Positions 1 through 10,562 of a DNA stretch of 20,860 bases are shown here, in pieces. Location of the stretch: assembly GCA_977862235.1 (NCBI GenBank), contig OZ374558.1, forward strand, positions 3,534,001 to 3,554,860, given 5' to 3'. The first letter of the stretch is position 1, and every line of letters starts with the position of its first letter. Both the position numbers and the translations under genes were made by a program. The notes under the pieces were generated by a model. That model saw nothing but the letters and a program-made list of their open reading frames with translations. It was not told the DNA's origin and made no database searches. This DNA comes from Dudresnaya verticillata (Eukaryota).

Positions 1-2
1 AG

Positions 3-639
3 TACTTGTTTGATGACGACGTGCAGTTTACCGAGGCAATGGTGTATAAGATGCTGGCGCAGATGCTAGTGGACCTGAATGCGGGACGGAAGGAAGAGTG
101 CCAGAGCGCGATGGGACTGGCGGTGTTGTTCGACCGGTGCTGGGGGCAGATGACGGGGAAGATGAGCAAGGAGATTGCTCGCGTGCAGGTGCACGATGCT
201 CACCACCAGAGGGTGATTGCGGATTTCCGCAAGGCGTGGGACTTTTGGGACTCGTAGGAGGCGCGGAAGCAGGATGGGGCACTGGACTTTGACTCGTTCT
301 AACACGGGTTTCTCACGCCGTAGTTTAGGTGTAAACAGTACACGGACACCAAGCAGGCGCTGGCCGGGATAGACATGGACAAGGATGGGGGTGATGGACT
401 GGCAGGAGTTTCTTGTGTACGTCAAGTGGGCTCTTGCGCATTACCCCGAGACGAGCAACGCGGACACGGCGAGTGAGATCGCGATGCTGAAGGGATTGAT
501 CCCGCGGATGAGGAACGTTAAGGTGACTCATTCGGAGATACATAGCGGGCCTAAGCGCGGCAACCAGCACCGGACGAAGGGGTCGGCGAAGGTACAAGGG
601 GCGGAGATGGAGATGCAGCCGTGTAGTGTGTTATGGTAA
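3..639 (+). pseudogene. 3' part of a decayed EF-hand (Ca-binding) protein gene; 5' end lies outside the window
   Basis: The frame starting at 6 stays protein-like through stops at 255-257 (TAG), 300-302 (TAA) and 321-323 (TAG): WDFWDS*EARKQDGALDFDSF*HGFLTP*FRCKQYTDTKQALAGIDMDKDG. Removing one G from the G5 run at 387-391 joins it to VMDWQEFLVYVKWALAHYPET, restoring a canonical 12-residue EF-hand loop DMDKDGVMDWQE. Confidence 0.8.
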
Positions 640-1924
640 TGGTACTGTACGACCAGAGTAGTGAATTTACATGAAGAAGACGGGGACCGTGTCTAGAGTC
701 GTTCGGGCAACCCAGGAGAGCTTAGGGGAGCGGGAAGATGAGAGCCGGCGTAGGCGCAGTACCAACATGCTCCGTAGGTCGGACCATCTGTCGGCGGGCC
801 GGACGATGCGTAACAGGGCACGCAGCTTCGATAAGCGACGCCGCGGCATGGACTCGGACCGTTGCCCGATGACAGTGCGGACGTAGCAAGATTCAGCGTC
901 CAAGGTGTGTTGTAGCGCGAGGGCGTTGAGCGGAGAGATGGCGAGGGCATACACGTAGACGGGTCGCAAGAACATGCGAAAAATCGACCTGGCGGCGGCT
1001 ACTTGAGGTTGCCCAGGAGCCTCTTCGCCTTCCGGGTACGAGCGACAGTCGAGGCGGAGCCAATTCCCGTGGTCGTGAGTTCAGCTCCGAGGTAGATCGC
1101 GGAATCCGTTACAATAAGTCCTCTCCGTTAAGCTGCAGCCTTGCAGACGTAGGGCGGCGCCCATGGCGAGTCGGTAGAAGGATGTGTTCGGCTTCGGGAA
1201 TGCAGCTGAATGGGACTGCCAGAAGAGCAGTGGCGCAAAAACATGATTGGCCGCGGGCCAATGAAATCAAATGAAATTATTTGGAGTTCAAAGATGGAAC
1301 AAACCATTAGGCTTACAGCCCAATCATCCAATCATCCAATAAGGCGTCACCAGCAGTGCGAGATGCATTGCTGTGCGGCCATTCTCTGTAATGCAGATAT
1401 GATCGGATGGCGCGTGGAGTTGACGTTGAGCTGAGAGATAAAGAGATGGGGACCTTTATGGTAGGGTTCGAAGGGCGCTATTGAGAGCGAGCTCTGTCAT
1501 GCTGCTAGAGCGATGTACATACATATTCTCGTGTGCAGTATACCACGGGCGAGTCATCGAAGCCGTGCAGAAGGCCCGCCCGCCGCTGCTCTTCAAGTCG
1601 TATGCATAGTGGATGGAGCACGGCGTCAATTCGCAAGGGGACAATCTGCGTACATATTCAGCAGGAGAAGCCACTCGGGTGGTCGCCAGCGCAGGGGTCC
1701 GTGAGGCATCGCGCTTTCGGCTGGTCGCGGCACGCGTTTTCCGCGCCGCGGCGTTCGGTGAAAGTTGCCAGCCGGGTGAAGGCACGCTGTCAAGTGCACG
1801 AGCAGCTACTAGTGTGTCGGGTGCGGGTCTGCCCCCCACAGCAAAATATACTGGGACTAGGAGGGAAAAGAAACAAACGATAGGGGGGTGCCATCCATCT
1901 TCTCTGTGGCGGTGGTCGTGGGTG

Positions 1925-1951
1925 CTGGGTTTTAGGGGTTTAATTACCCCT
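1925..1951 (+). repeat. Interstitial telomere-like motif (CTGGGTTTTAGGGGTTTA) overlapping a short inverted repeat AGGGGT-TTAATT-ACCCCT
   Basis: Read directly. The 18-mer at 1925-1942 is identical to 19506-19523 at the subtelomere/telomere junction. Confidence 0.7.
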
Positions 1952-2499
1952 CCTTGGGGGATTTGGTGGGGGGGGGGGATTTTGTGCACGATTTTTTACT
2001 TGGCCGCAAATCAGTCGGGGCGGCTTGTAAGCACCCCCAAACCACTGTAAATGTTCTGCGATGTGATTGGCTGGCTGAAATGGGGCTAGACTGGGCCTTG
2101 GTTGCCGCTTGAGGGGAACCCTCATGGGGTCTGACAGAGGCCTAGCCTAGCAAACAGTCTTGCAAGTTTTGTAAAGGCTTGCGGGGTTCTGGATACGCGG
2201 ACGGTTTTTTTTCGGAAGTTGTTTAGGTTGACCGTGTTGTAGTGCTCGGTACTTCCTTCGCTAGGCGGAACGTTTGCGTGAGTGTTGCGAGTCCGCCACT
2301 TGCGATAATGAGACTTCGTTGGAACGGTGGTGTCGTCAAGGAGAGGATCACGTGGAATGGCGGCAAGGAACTGCGCGTTGGCTATTTGAGGGGTTTACGT
2401 TGTAAGATGAAGAGACGTGGGACTTTACCGGGATAATGGAAACCGTATTTGCAGTATGGAATGCTCTCAGAGGCTTATGGATCGCGTTACGTAATTGTG

Positions 2500-3085
2500 G
2501 AGTCATTGCGAGCGAACTGGGTGGTGCGGAATCGTTTCCGGGCTCCTGGGAGGGTTTCGCAGGGTTGATAAGCTTCTTGTAGAGTGTTGGGTGTGCAGCG
2601 TGAGGGATGGGGCGTAGAAATGCGCTAAGAGGGTCATGGTGCGAAACCCGGAATTGAGAACGCGGGTACTAGGCTATTTGAATGTGCAGGAATGGAATTG
2701 GGGAGTACGAGTGAACGAAACGGGGCTGCGGGGTCGTTTCGGGGCTCCTGGGGCGGTTTCTAAGGGTTGTTCAACTTCTTGTGCAGTCTCGGGCGCTCAG
2801 CGTGGGGCACGGGCTTCAGAACTGCTAAGGCGGGTTTTTAGGCGTTCAGCGTGAGGCATGGGGCTTAGAAATGCGAAGGCGGGCACTAGCCTATTTGGAT
2901 GTGAAGGAACGGAATTGCGGAGTAAGCGTGAACGAAGCGGGGACTGCGGGATCGTTTCGGGGCTCCTGGGAGGGTTTCTAAGGGTTGTTCGACTTTTTGT
3001 ACAGTCTCGGGCGTTCAGTGTGAGGCATGGGGCTTAGGAATGCGCTAAGAGGTTCATTGTGCGAAAGCCGGAATCAGGAAGGCGA
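2500..3085. repeat. Degenerate tandem repeat, about 3 copies of a 200-220 bp unit
   Basis: TCGTTT(C)(C/G)GGGCTCCTGGG..GGTTTC..AGGGTTG recurs at 2532, 2734 and 2952 (periods 202 and 218). Shared blocks include GTGAGG(C/G)ATGGGGC(T/G)TAG(A/G)AATGCG. Confidence 0.85.
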
Positions 3086-3609
3086 TTTGAGAGGAAACGT
3101 TAGTAATTTGCCCTGGGGCTTAACTACATGAATGGTGGATTATCCGTAACTACAGAATTGGTGGAATATGGTGCTTTCCGGGACTGAAGTGTGATGTGGG
3201 ATTTTTGCTTTGCTGCTGAGGGTTCATTCGTGATGTACGCAGCCATTAATACCAATCCGTTACGGTAAGGGAGCGAGGGCCATGGCAGGGCGAGATGCCG
3301 GGATTCTGCATCGCAACCGAGGATAATGAAATTCTGGACCGGCTGCGGTGTACCCCGCAAAAATTAAAAGTTATGCCAAATTGCGTTGTTATACCGTAGT
3401 ACGTGACTGACACGCAGTTGGAAGTTTCCCGAATTGTTTTGCCGTGTGAGAGAAAGGGCCGTATTTAAATGGTCGGTCAGAGAGACACCGCCGGGAAAGA
3501 GGAAACGAACAGACGGAGAATCGCCATCACCCTGCCCTGCCCCCCCCCTCACATCGCCGTTTCCCGCCTCCCCTCTCCTAGCCCGTTGTTCACATTAGAA
3601 ACTCTCGCC

Positions 3610-5154
3610 ATGGAGCTGGAGAATGTCCAGGGTCTGGACCCTGGGTTGCTGGCAGTGCTTCATGTGTATGCGAAAGGAACAATTGTTCATCCTGAACAGT
3701 GTGAGCTGCTATTCGGCCGAAAATGGGTTGAGGAGGCTGCAGAGAAGAGGAGAAGTGAACTAGAAGCCGCACTGGTGGAGGCGAAGGCGAGTCAAGCTGG
3801 TCGTGTGCAGGCTAAGCGCCAGCCGAAGGCGAATCGGGTTGGTCGTGTGGAGCGTCAGCGCTTCAAGGGACACAAAACGTCCAAGTACCAGAGAAAGCAT
3901 GTATCGGGAAGTAGTACTGCATCTGCGATTCTTTCCAGGCTCGGTAGGAATCCGTTTTTCCTTCATGTAAAGGAGGAAGCGGGAAAATTATTCAAGCGTG
4001 GGTACGGAACCGGGTCTGCTTCCGATCTCTGGTTTCTGCTATCGCCTCGAATGGGATTGTATCAATGGATGTGGATAAAGGAGGAGTTTCTCGAGAAGCT
4101 GGGCCGCAAAGCGCATGAGTGGATGATTCCGGACACGGTTTTGGAGGAGCTTAGGCAGGAAGATGAGGGAAGGTTCACTGAGATCATTGGCCGTTGCCAG
4201 ACTGCTTTTGTACGGGAGCAGATGAGAGTACTCCGGCAGCGAGGTCTCTCAGCCGTTGAGCACCTAGTCCGTGACCCAGCAGAGTCATTTGACACCGGCC
4301 GAAAATGGATCCGCTGGCAAAACAACTCCTGTGCTCTTGATGCAGTTCTAATGGTAGTGCCTCGCCTGATTCAAGCCTGTTTCGATCACGGAATGTACAG
4401 GCAGGGTGAGGATCTGGTTCTCTCGCCTACATATACATCCCCTTTAGCCAGTTTGTTTGCCGCAATGCGCATCATCAATATTGCGGAAAGCACAAAGGAA
4501 CAGATGGCAATCTCAACAGCAGCACGTGATCTACTGTACGACCTTTGCGGGTTCTATTGTGACATTCATGACTGGGATGCAAGAAATCTGTGGTCAGCGA
4601 GAAGTCGTGAACAGCCATTCCTCGATGTTGGGGACATATGTCACTCGCTACTCAGCCCGTTGATATTGGCGAGGTCAACAGGGTCGCGATGTAGCCGTGA
4701 GATCGCGCGCGGAAGCGTCCGAGTTGATGTTCTGGACCAGGAAGCACTGATGGTTCTTGGGAGGCCGAATCATAAAGGCCTGGCTTCTTATATCCTGGAG
4801 AAGCTGGTCGCTTCTGATCACTTGAAGGAAAAACCGTGTTTGGCCTTTGTATCTATACCTACTCATGTTCAAAATGAGGCCATGGTGAGGAATGCGCTCT
4901 GTAAAGGATTGGCGGCGGAGGATTCGACATGGAAGGGTGACATAGCCGAAATGATAAGTTTCTCGACCAGGAAGCAGCATTTTGTAACTGGGCTTTGTCG
5001 AGGACAGGATGTGGTCTATTTGCATGACGGGATGCAAAACGAAGGTCGAATGATGAGAAGCAGCCTCGACGACGCGTTCAAATCTACGAATCGTCGAGTA
5101 TCATTGCGCATACCCGGTATGCAGCTCTTCTTCGTCGTCTCTAAGAAGAATTAG
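3610..5154 (+). CDS. Putative papain-fold cysteine protease (USP/deubiquitinase-like), 514 aa; open frame extends upstream to ATG 3469
   Basis: Long uninterrupted ORF; ATG 3610 lies in a GCCATGG context. Cys-box-like WQNNSCALDAVL (Cys codon 4330-4332) and His/Asp-box-like QHFVT...VVYLHDGM (His 4978-4980, Asp 5026-5028). The function is inferred from motifs only. Confidence 0.65.
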   Translation: MELENVQGLDPGLLAVLHVYAKGTIVHPEQCELLFGRKWVEEAAEKRRSELEAALVEAKASQAGRVQAKRQPKANRVGRVERQRFKGHKTSKYQRKHVSGSSTASAILSRLGRNPFFLHVKEEAGKLFKRGYGTGSASDLWFLLSPRMGLYQWMWIKEEFLEKLGRKAHEWMIPDTVLEELRQEDEGRFTEIIGRCQTAFVREQMRVLRQRGLSAVEHLVRDPAESFDTGRKWIRWQNNSCALDAVLMVVPRLIQACFDHGMYRQGEDLVLSPTYTSPLASLFAAMRIINIAESTKEQMAISTAARDLLYDLCGFYCDIHDWDARNLWSARSREQPFLDVGDICHSLLSPLILARSTGSRCSREIARGSVRVDVLDQEALMVLGRPNHKGLASYILEKLVASDHLKEKPCLAFVSIPTHVQNEAMVRNALCKGLAAEDSTWKGDIAEMISFSTRKQHFVTGLCRGQDVVYLHDGMQNEGRMMRSSLDDAFKSTNRRVSLRIPGMQLFFVVSKKN

Positions 5155-5446
5155 GGGTTCGCGCGCGCAGGGCTGGAGTGTGCATGACTGGCGGTAACGG
5201 GCGCCCACTGCCTGATAGGGAGTAGTTGGTACTGGTAGATCATAGTTGTAATATAGTTTGTCCCCCGCGCCCGTTGGTAGACGGAAAAAATATACTTTTC
5301 CCGCTATAATTCCTACTTGCTCCGCCTATTTCAACAATCTCTACTATCCGGGCTGCGAAACCCACTGACCGCAGACCACAGACGGCACGTGCACACCTAT
5401 AGTAGCGCCACCCACCCTGTGACCGTCTGCTGGACACACCCGGGCC

Positions 5447-6643
5447 ATGTTTTGCGTTTTCAAAGCCCCTTCAAAGGACGAGCCGGTACATGTCCTGGTC
5501 ACACACTATTCAAATCCAGGCACAGTAGGGGCTCTCCCGAACTGTGAATCGCTACCAGATGCAGTGCGGTTGAAGCATGACGTCGAAACGTACCGAAGAA
5601 CAGGGTTATTACCGCTTGTGACAATAATTGGGCCGTTCAAGGAAGGGGAAATTCCCTTGGTTCTTTCGGGTGCCCTCGTCGTGAAAGGAAACACCGTTTT
5701 CATCAACACTAGAGCAGGGCAGTGGCGCTACAGAGGAACCTGTCATGAAGAAGAAAACAGAAGGGTTCTCGCAAAGGCATCCTCCGAGGGTTTACCGGAC
5801 GCCGTGCCGCTTTTGTGCAAGAGCGGGCACACTACAACGGTTCGCTGGGTCAATTTGCGTGAATCAGAAGACCCGATCACAAGGAAAGGATTGGAGTGCA
5901 TGCGTTGGGTTGCCGCGCTTGCTTATCGCCACTGCACAACTACCCAGCTGCTATTCAAGTGTATGTTTGAACCTGGTGTGAATCTGAACGCACTTAGCTT
6001 AAATAAGCAGGAAGCACTGGGCGTCTGTGGGGAGTTGGGCAGTACTTCAATGTGCTGGGTCTGGCACCCTTCTGGCGTTCCTCGAGACCTTCGAAGTTGG
6101 CTCAAGTTCCTTCACGAGAATAATCTCAATGTTGCGCAGCGGCAGAAGATTAGAGAGGTATACAGTCCAGTTCTGGCCGGTTTCTATCTTGGGGTAGTTG
6201 AAGACGACCGAAGAGGTAGCCCTACGGTCGTGCTGTGTAATGAGGGAGAAAGCGTGTTAGAATTGTCCGTTGGGCATCGAATGGGCAGGAATGAGCTCCG
6301 AATGAGTATGGACATGTGCTTGTGTTCTCCGATGGACGAGCACAAGAATAGCGTGTCGTGGGGCTTCGCAGGTGCCATACTTGAGGTCCCGGTATTCATC
6401 ATTAGCAGTATGCTGAAGATAAGTGCCATTGGCCCGAACAATTCGTTGCCTAAGAGCTCAACTCAGAGAGTAAGTTGGCTGAACAGGCGGCGAGGAGACC
6501 AAAGCTGCAATGCCGCGGTCCTGAACGAGGTGGTTCTTGAGAACGTTCTCCGACTACCAGCTACATCGTTGGAATCCGTCCTTGGTCCTCGCGAACTGCC
6601 GAGATCAGCTGAGAACTTGCCTCAAAAGGTGCAGAAGACGTAA
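5447..6643 (+). CDS. Hypothetical protein, 398 aa
   Basis: 1.2-kb ATG-initiated open frame with globular-protein-like composition, co-oriented with its neighbours. No family recognised. Confidence 0.6.
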   Translation: MFCVFKAPSKDEPVHVLVTHYSNPGTVGALPNCESLPDAVRLKHDVETYRRTGLLPLVTIIGPFKEGEIPLVLSGALVVKGNTVFINTRAGQWRYRGTCHEEENRRVLAKASSEGLPDAVPLLCKSGHTTTVRWVNLRESEDPITRKGLECMRWVAALAYRHCTTTQLLFKCMFEPGVNLNALSLNKQEALGVCGELGSTSMCWVWHPSGVPRDLRSWLKFLHENNLNVAQRQKIREVYSPVLAGFYLGVVEDDRRGSPTVVLCNEGESVLELSVGHRMGRNELRMSMDMCLCSPMDEHKNSVSWGFAGAILEVPVFIISSMLKISAIGPNNSLPKSSTQRVSWLNRRRGDQSCNAAVLNEVVLENVLRLPATSLESVLGPRELPRSAENLPQKVQKT

Positions 6644-7003
6644 TATCGTAGAGCATCGAGGCGTCCTTGCGTCCTCGAAAGCCTTGTAACTGTTGTTGTG
6701 AATGGACTGCAAATGTAGGACTAGAAACATATAGAACCTGTTACTGGCGGTCCTGGCGCTCGTAAATATATCTCTTTTTTGGATATTCACTATGGCATTG
6801 TTTTCGAATCGAAATGGCGTCAATCCTCGTCCGCTCCCGACGACCGTGCCGCCAATTTCGCAACTTTAGTTCGCGTCCGGTGCCCCCGCTGCTGCGCATG
6901 TCGTACAAATACCCGCGCAACAAGTCATCAGTGAACTGTTGTATTGCATCGACTCCACTCTCAGCTGCTACTACTATCGCGGTATCCTCGGTTCGACCAC
7001 AAT

Positions 7004-7963
7004 ATGTCTTTGGCTCAGTTCCGTAATTGCGCTTTCCGTAAGACTTGGGTCTGTGAGATGGCGATTTGCAGCCTACCGATCGAGATCCCGTCCATACCTT
7101 GTTCAGAGAGCGACTTCCTTACATATTTGGCAGAGGACCATATGGAGAAGAAGGAAGTTGACCTCAATGTTGCTCTCGTACTGGCATATGGCGAGCACCT
7201 GGATCCCAGACGCGCTGCAGGGATTCTCGAAAATGTCCTTCAAGAGCATCCGCAGGAGTTGTTAGCTGCACATGCCCTTGCCAATCTGTATGTTCAGAAC
7301 CGCGACAACAAATTCGGGAAGACGGAATTGATCCGAGGTATTCGACTGTTGGCGGATGGACTCGACCGTGGTGACTTGAAGGCTACTGTCGCTTATGTGC
7401 ACTTCTCGGATGAAAACAAGTTTGGCTCGATAGCGCATCCACTCACAGATCGAACTGCCCTCCTTCAACGCGTGATCAGGAGCGGTGAGGGCGAGGAGAG
7501 GTACCACGCCAGTCTGATGCTGGCGAAGAGCTTTCACAGGGGAACACACTGCTGTCCCAAGGACACGGCTCGAGCACTACCACTCTACGAGATAGCCGCA
7601 GAGCTAAGGGGTTTTTCAGGCAAGCGAGACTTTCAACCTCTGAAAACACTGGCCTTCATGGTGTACGAGGGCGAGGGGATTGATGCTCCGGACTATCTCC
7701 GTGCCAAGAAAATACTCGAGCTCCTTGTGGAGCTTGATGCTCGGGCGCTCCCTCGTGCGGACTTATACGACGCTTGCAATAAGTTAGGGGAGATGTACTT
7801 CAAGGGCCAGGGATGCGAGAAGGATCTTAATTCCGCCAAGAGGCACTTCAAGAGAGCACGGACCATAGCGAATGATCCGTTTTTCGAGGCGGAAATGCGG
7901 AAGAAGATTGCAGAAATTGATGGAACCATGTCTTGTGAGGACCAGGAGGGACCAGGTAATTAG
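7004..7963 (+). CDS. Sel1-like repeat (SLR/TPR) protein; start ATG 7004 or 7058
   Basis: Sel1-type repeats ASLMLAKSFHRGTHCCPKDTARALPLYEIAA, LKTLAFMVYEGEGIDAPDYLRAKKILE and ACNKLGEMYFKGQGCEKDLNSAKRHFKRA. Confidence 0.8.
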   Translation: MSLAQFRNCAFRKTWVCEMAICSLPIEIPSIPCSESDFLTYLAEDHMEKKEVDLNVALVLAYGEHLDPRRAAGILENVLQEHPQELLAAHALANLYVQNRDNKFGKTELIRGIRLLADGLDRGDLKATVAYVHFSDENKFGSIAHPLTDRTALLQRVIRSGEGEERYHASLMLAKSFHRGTHCCPKDTARALPLYEIAAELRGFSGKRDFQPLKTLAFMVYEGEGIDAPDYLRAKKILELLVELDARALPRADLYDACNKLGEMYFKGQGCEKDLNSAKRHFKRARTIANDPFFEAEMRKKIAEIDGTMSCEDQEGPGN

Positions 7964-8322
7964 CTCTCCAGGTATGCCGTAGCCATCCTTGCAAAACAAG
8001 TGAAAAAAGGGCCACTTGCGCTTCTCCCGCCGGCAAAGGCCGCGATGCTTGGTGATTATAGTTGCATTTCGTGGATAAAGCTACACTTCTCTACCGCCAT
8101 ACTGCCCCCCGTATTTACGCGCAGTCGTTGTGGCGGCAGACGTGGCGACAACGGCGACAACGCCTGCAGTGTGAGCGAAAATATCTTTCGGGCTTTGCGC
8201 GCTTGCGTTCTACCTACTCCACCTTGTCCAGGAGCAGAGCTGACTTCTCGGTTGCATTATCGCAGATAACTTATGTTACGACATAGAGGACGACAATAAG
8301 GTTTGGGCGGCTGTGGGACGCG

Positions 8323-8497
8323 CCAATCAGAAGGTCTGTTCATAACAGGGTTCCCGGATGAACGGGATTTTTAATTGGCTGCTGCAGTGGGGCGCCACGA
8401 GCATACGGTTGGCCCCTAATCGCACCAATCAGAAAGCCTGTTCATAACAGGGTTCCCGGATGAACGGGGGTTTTAATTGGCTGCTTCATTGAGGCGC
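8323..8497. repeat. Two-copy 73-bp direct repeat (8323-8395, 8425-8497), each with oppositely oriented CCAAT boxes
   Basis: CCAATCAGAA..CTGTTCATAACAGGGTTCCCGGATGAACGGG..TTTTAATTGGCTGCT is repeated with period 102. Confidence 0.85.
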
Positions 8498-9102
8498 AGT
8501 TGCTAGCACTACAGCATGGACACGATTCGCACAACCTTGGTCTCGGAGTTCAGCTCTAAAGGTCTGCCCGAGTGGTCTATATTCTCACTCAGCTGAGGGG
8601 ATGGAGAGGGAGAGAGGAAGAGAACTGAGCTTCTACGATCATGCGTGCTTGTAGTCGATGTGGAGCGCGGCGCGGAAGCGTTGGAACAGGATCAGTTCGT
8701 CGTCGTCTGGCCCGGAGGTTTCAAAGAGTTGGAGAAGGCATGGTTTGGTGTCTGAACAGAAAGTGCCATTATGTTGGGCACAGAAGGATGCATGCCGGCG
8801 TAGGAAAAAATGTTACCTTCTCTTTCAACGGCGCCGAGTGTGTCGGTACCAAAGGTTGTCTCGGAGATGGTTTAGTCAGCGGGTGGCTCTCGGGATGTGT
8901 CGCGCTTCTAAATAGATTCCCGGATGGAATAGGAAAGTAAAGCCCCTGCTATAACTGAAATTCCGGTTTATTGGAATGCCAGAGACGAGGAGAATGGCTA
9001 CGATGGAAAAGCCTGTTCGACCTTCCTGTCAGAGGTTGGTGTCAGGATCTAAGTATAGAGCATGCAAATAAAGAGATTAAACTGAGTAGGAAAGGGGTTA
9101 GC

Positions 9103-9205
9103 GGAATAGGAAAGGGACGGGAGATAAGGAATAGGAAAGGGCCCAATGGAATGGGAAAGGGCCCAATGGAATAGGAAAGGGCCCAATGGAATGGGAAAGG
9201 GGAAC
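9103..9205 (+). repeat. Purine-rich 20-bp minisatellite (GGAAT(A/G)GGAAAGGGCCCAAT), about 3.5 copies plus degenerate flanks
   Basis: Read directly. Confidence 0.85.
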
Positions 9206-9498
9206 AAGGCTAAAAGAATCAGGTTAAAGGGATAGAAGGTGAGTCGTCAGCAGGTGGAGTCCGGATGGCACCGTAGAAGTACAGTGCTATCCGCCGGATT
9301 CCGGGAACGGTTGGAGTACCAGCACGCTATTCAAAAAGCCATAGTGTGTAAACAAACGAGGGAAGAGACCAAATACCTCGCTAGATGAGATGCTGCAGTA
9401 TATGGAAAGGTGCGCGAGCAGCGGGATCGAACCGAACGGGATACGGTGCGAAAGGGAACCGAATGTATGGGAAAGTGGCCGGTGCGAAGGAGTAGGGA

Positions 9499-9717
9499 GG
9501 GGGACGGATAGAATGGGAAAGAGAACGGATAGAATGGGAAAGGGGACCGATAGAATGGGAAAGGGGACCGATAGAATGGGAAAGGGGACCGATAGAATGG
9601 GAAAGGGGACCGATGGAAAAGGAAAGGGGACCGATGGAAAAGGAAAGGGGACCGATGGAAAAGGAAAGGGGACCGATGGAAAAGGAAAGGGGACCGATGA
9701 ATGGTAAAGGGGACCAA
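9499..9717 (+). repeat. Purine-rich 21-bp minisatellite, about 10 units in two subtypes (GATAGAATGGGAAAGGGGACC, then GATGGAAAAGGAAAGGGGACC)
   Basis: Read directly. It produces the spurious repetitive ORFs (RMGKGTD)n and (FLFHRSP)n. Confidence 0.95.
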
Positions 9718-9918
9718 TACTAAAAGAACCCGGCTCTGGATGGAAGGATGAGTCGTTAGCAGGTAAAGTCCGGATGGCGCCGTATAAATACGGTCCTTCC
9801 CGGCGGCTTCCGTTGTAGAACTACAACGGCTTTCACAATGCCAAACGGCTCTGAAGACAGTCAAGATCAGATCCGGCTTTGGATCACGGATCGGATCCGT
9901 GAGCATTCTGTTCGTCAA

Positions 9919-10012
9919 TCCGGAGCATCGACGCCGTTGGCGTTACAAGGAGAACGGTGCAATGTCCGGAGCTTCGACGCGGTCGGCGTTACAAGGGGAA
10001 CGGTGCAATGTC
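9919..10012. repeat. 46-bp tandem duplication
   Basis: TCCGGAGC(A/T)TCGACGC(C/G)GT(T/C)GGCGTTACAAGG(A/G)GAACGGTGCAATG starts at 9919 and 9965. Confidence 0.9.
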
Positions 10013-10355
10013 TCGTGAGAATAAACAGCTTTGGATCTCAGATCTGACGAGAGGAGCCGTTACGGAATACACATCATCAACGCCGACAGAACCGAAACAG
10101 TATTCCCGCCAATAAGGCCAGATGACCGTTCCAATATCTACTCGAAGTGACGCAGTTCCACCGATCACCCGCCCCCTCCCCTCACCCATTGCGCACTCCG
10201 AGGAAAGTTGAGTGTGGCGTGCGCGATTGCGAACCGGACTACGGCAACGTCTTGCGACGGTCTCCGACAATCCTCTCTCTACAAGAAGCGCGCTAACACG
10301 CAGACTTCTGCAGGCGACAGGCGATTCAGCGTTGCCTCTGAAGGATCCACGAGGG

Positions 10356-10378
10356 CGACGACGACGGCGACGACGACG

Positions 10379-10422
<44 letters not shown>

Positions 10423-10440
10423 AACGACGACGACGACGAC
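10356..10440. repeat. (GAC)n microsatellite, about 28 units with a few interruptions
   Basis: Read directly. Confidence 0.95.
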
Positions 10441-10562
10441 CCACCGCGGCGAAGCAATTGAGTTAATTACTTCTCTTCGGTTTCAATTAACGGTATGTAA
10501 TTGCAAATTTCTTTTGGTACCGCTTACACAATTGTTCGGAGTGATTCGAGTGGCGGTGTCAA

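Noticed and set aside
667..1080. Minus-strand open frame of about 137 codons, and the overlapping ORFs at 1456-2050
   Set aside because: There are no recognisable motifs, and GC-rich DNA yields such frames by chance. A degraded gene cannot be excluded.
1925..1942. Telomerase RNA template on the minus strand (UAAACCCCUAAAACCC)
   Set aside because: It contains the T4 variant rather than the dominant unit, and I see no supporting structure or promoter. An interstitial telomeric remnant is simpler.
9331..9918. ORFs 9331-9918 (-) and 9390-9707 (+) with heptapeptide repeats
   Set aside because: They are translations of the 21-bp minisatellite.
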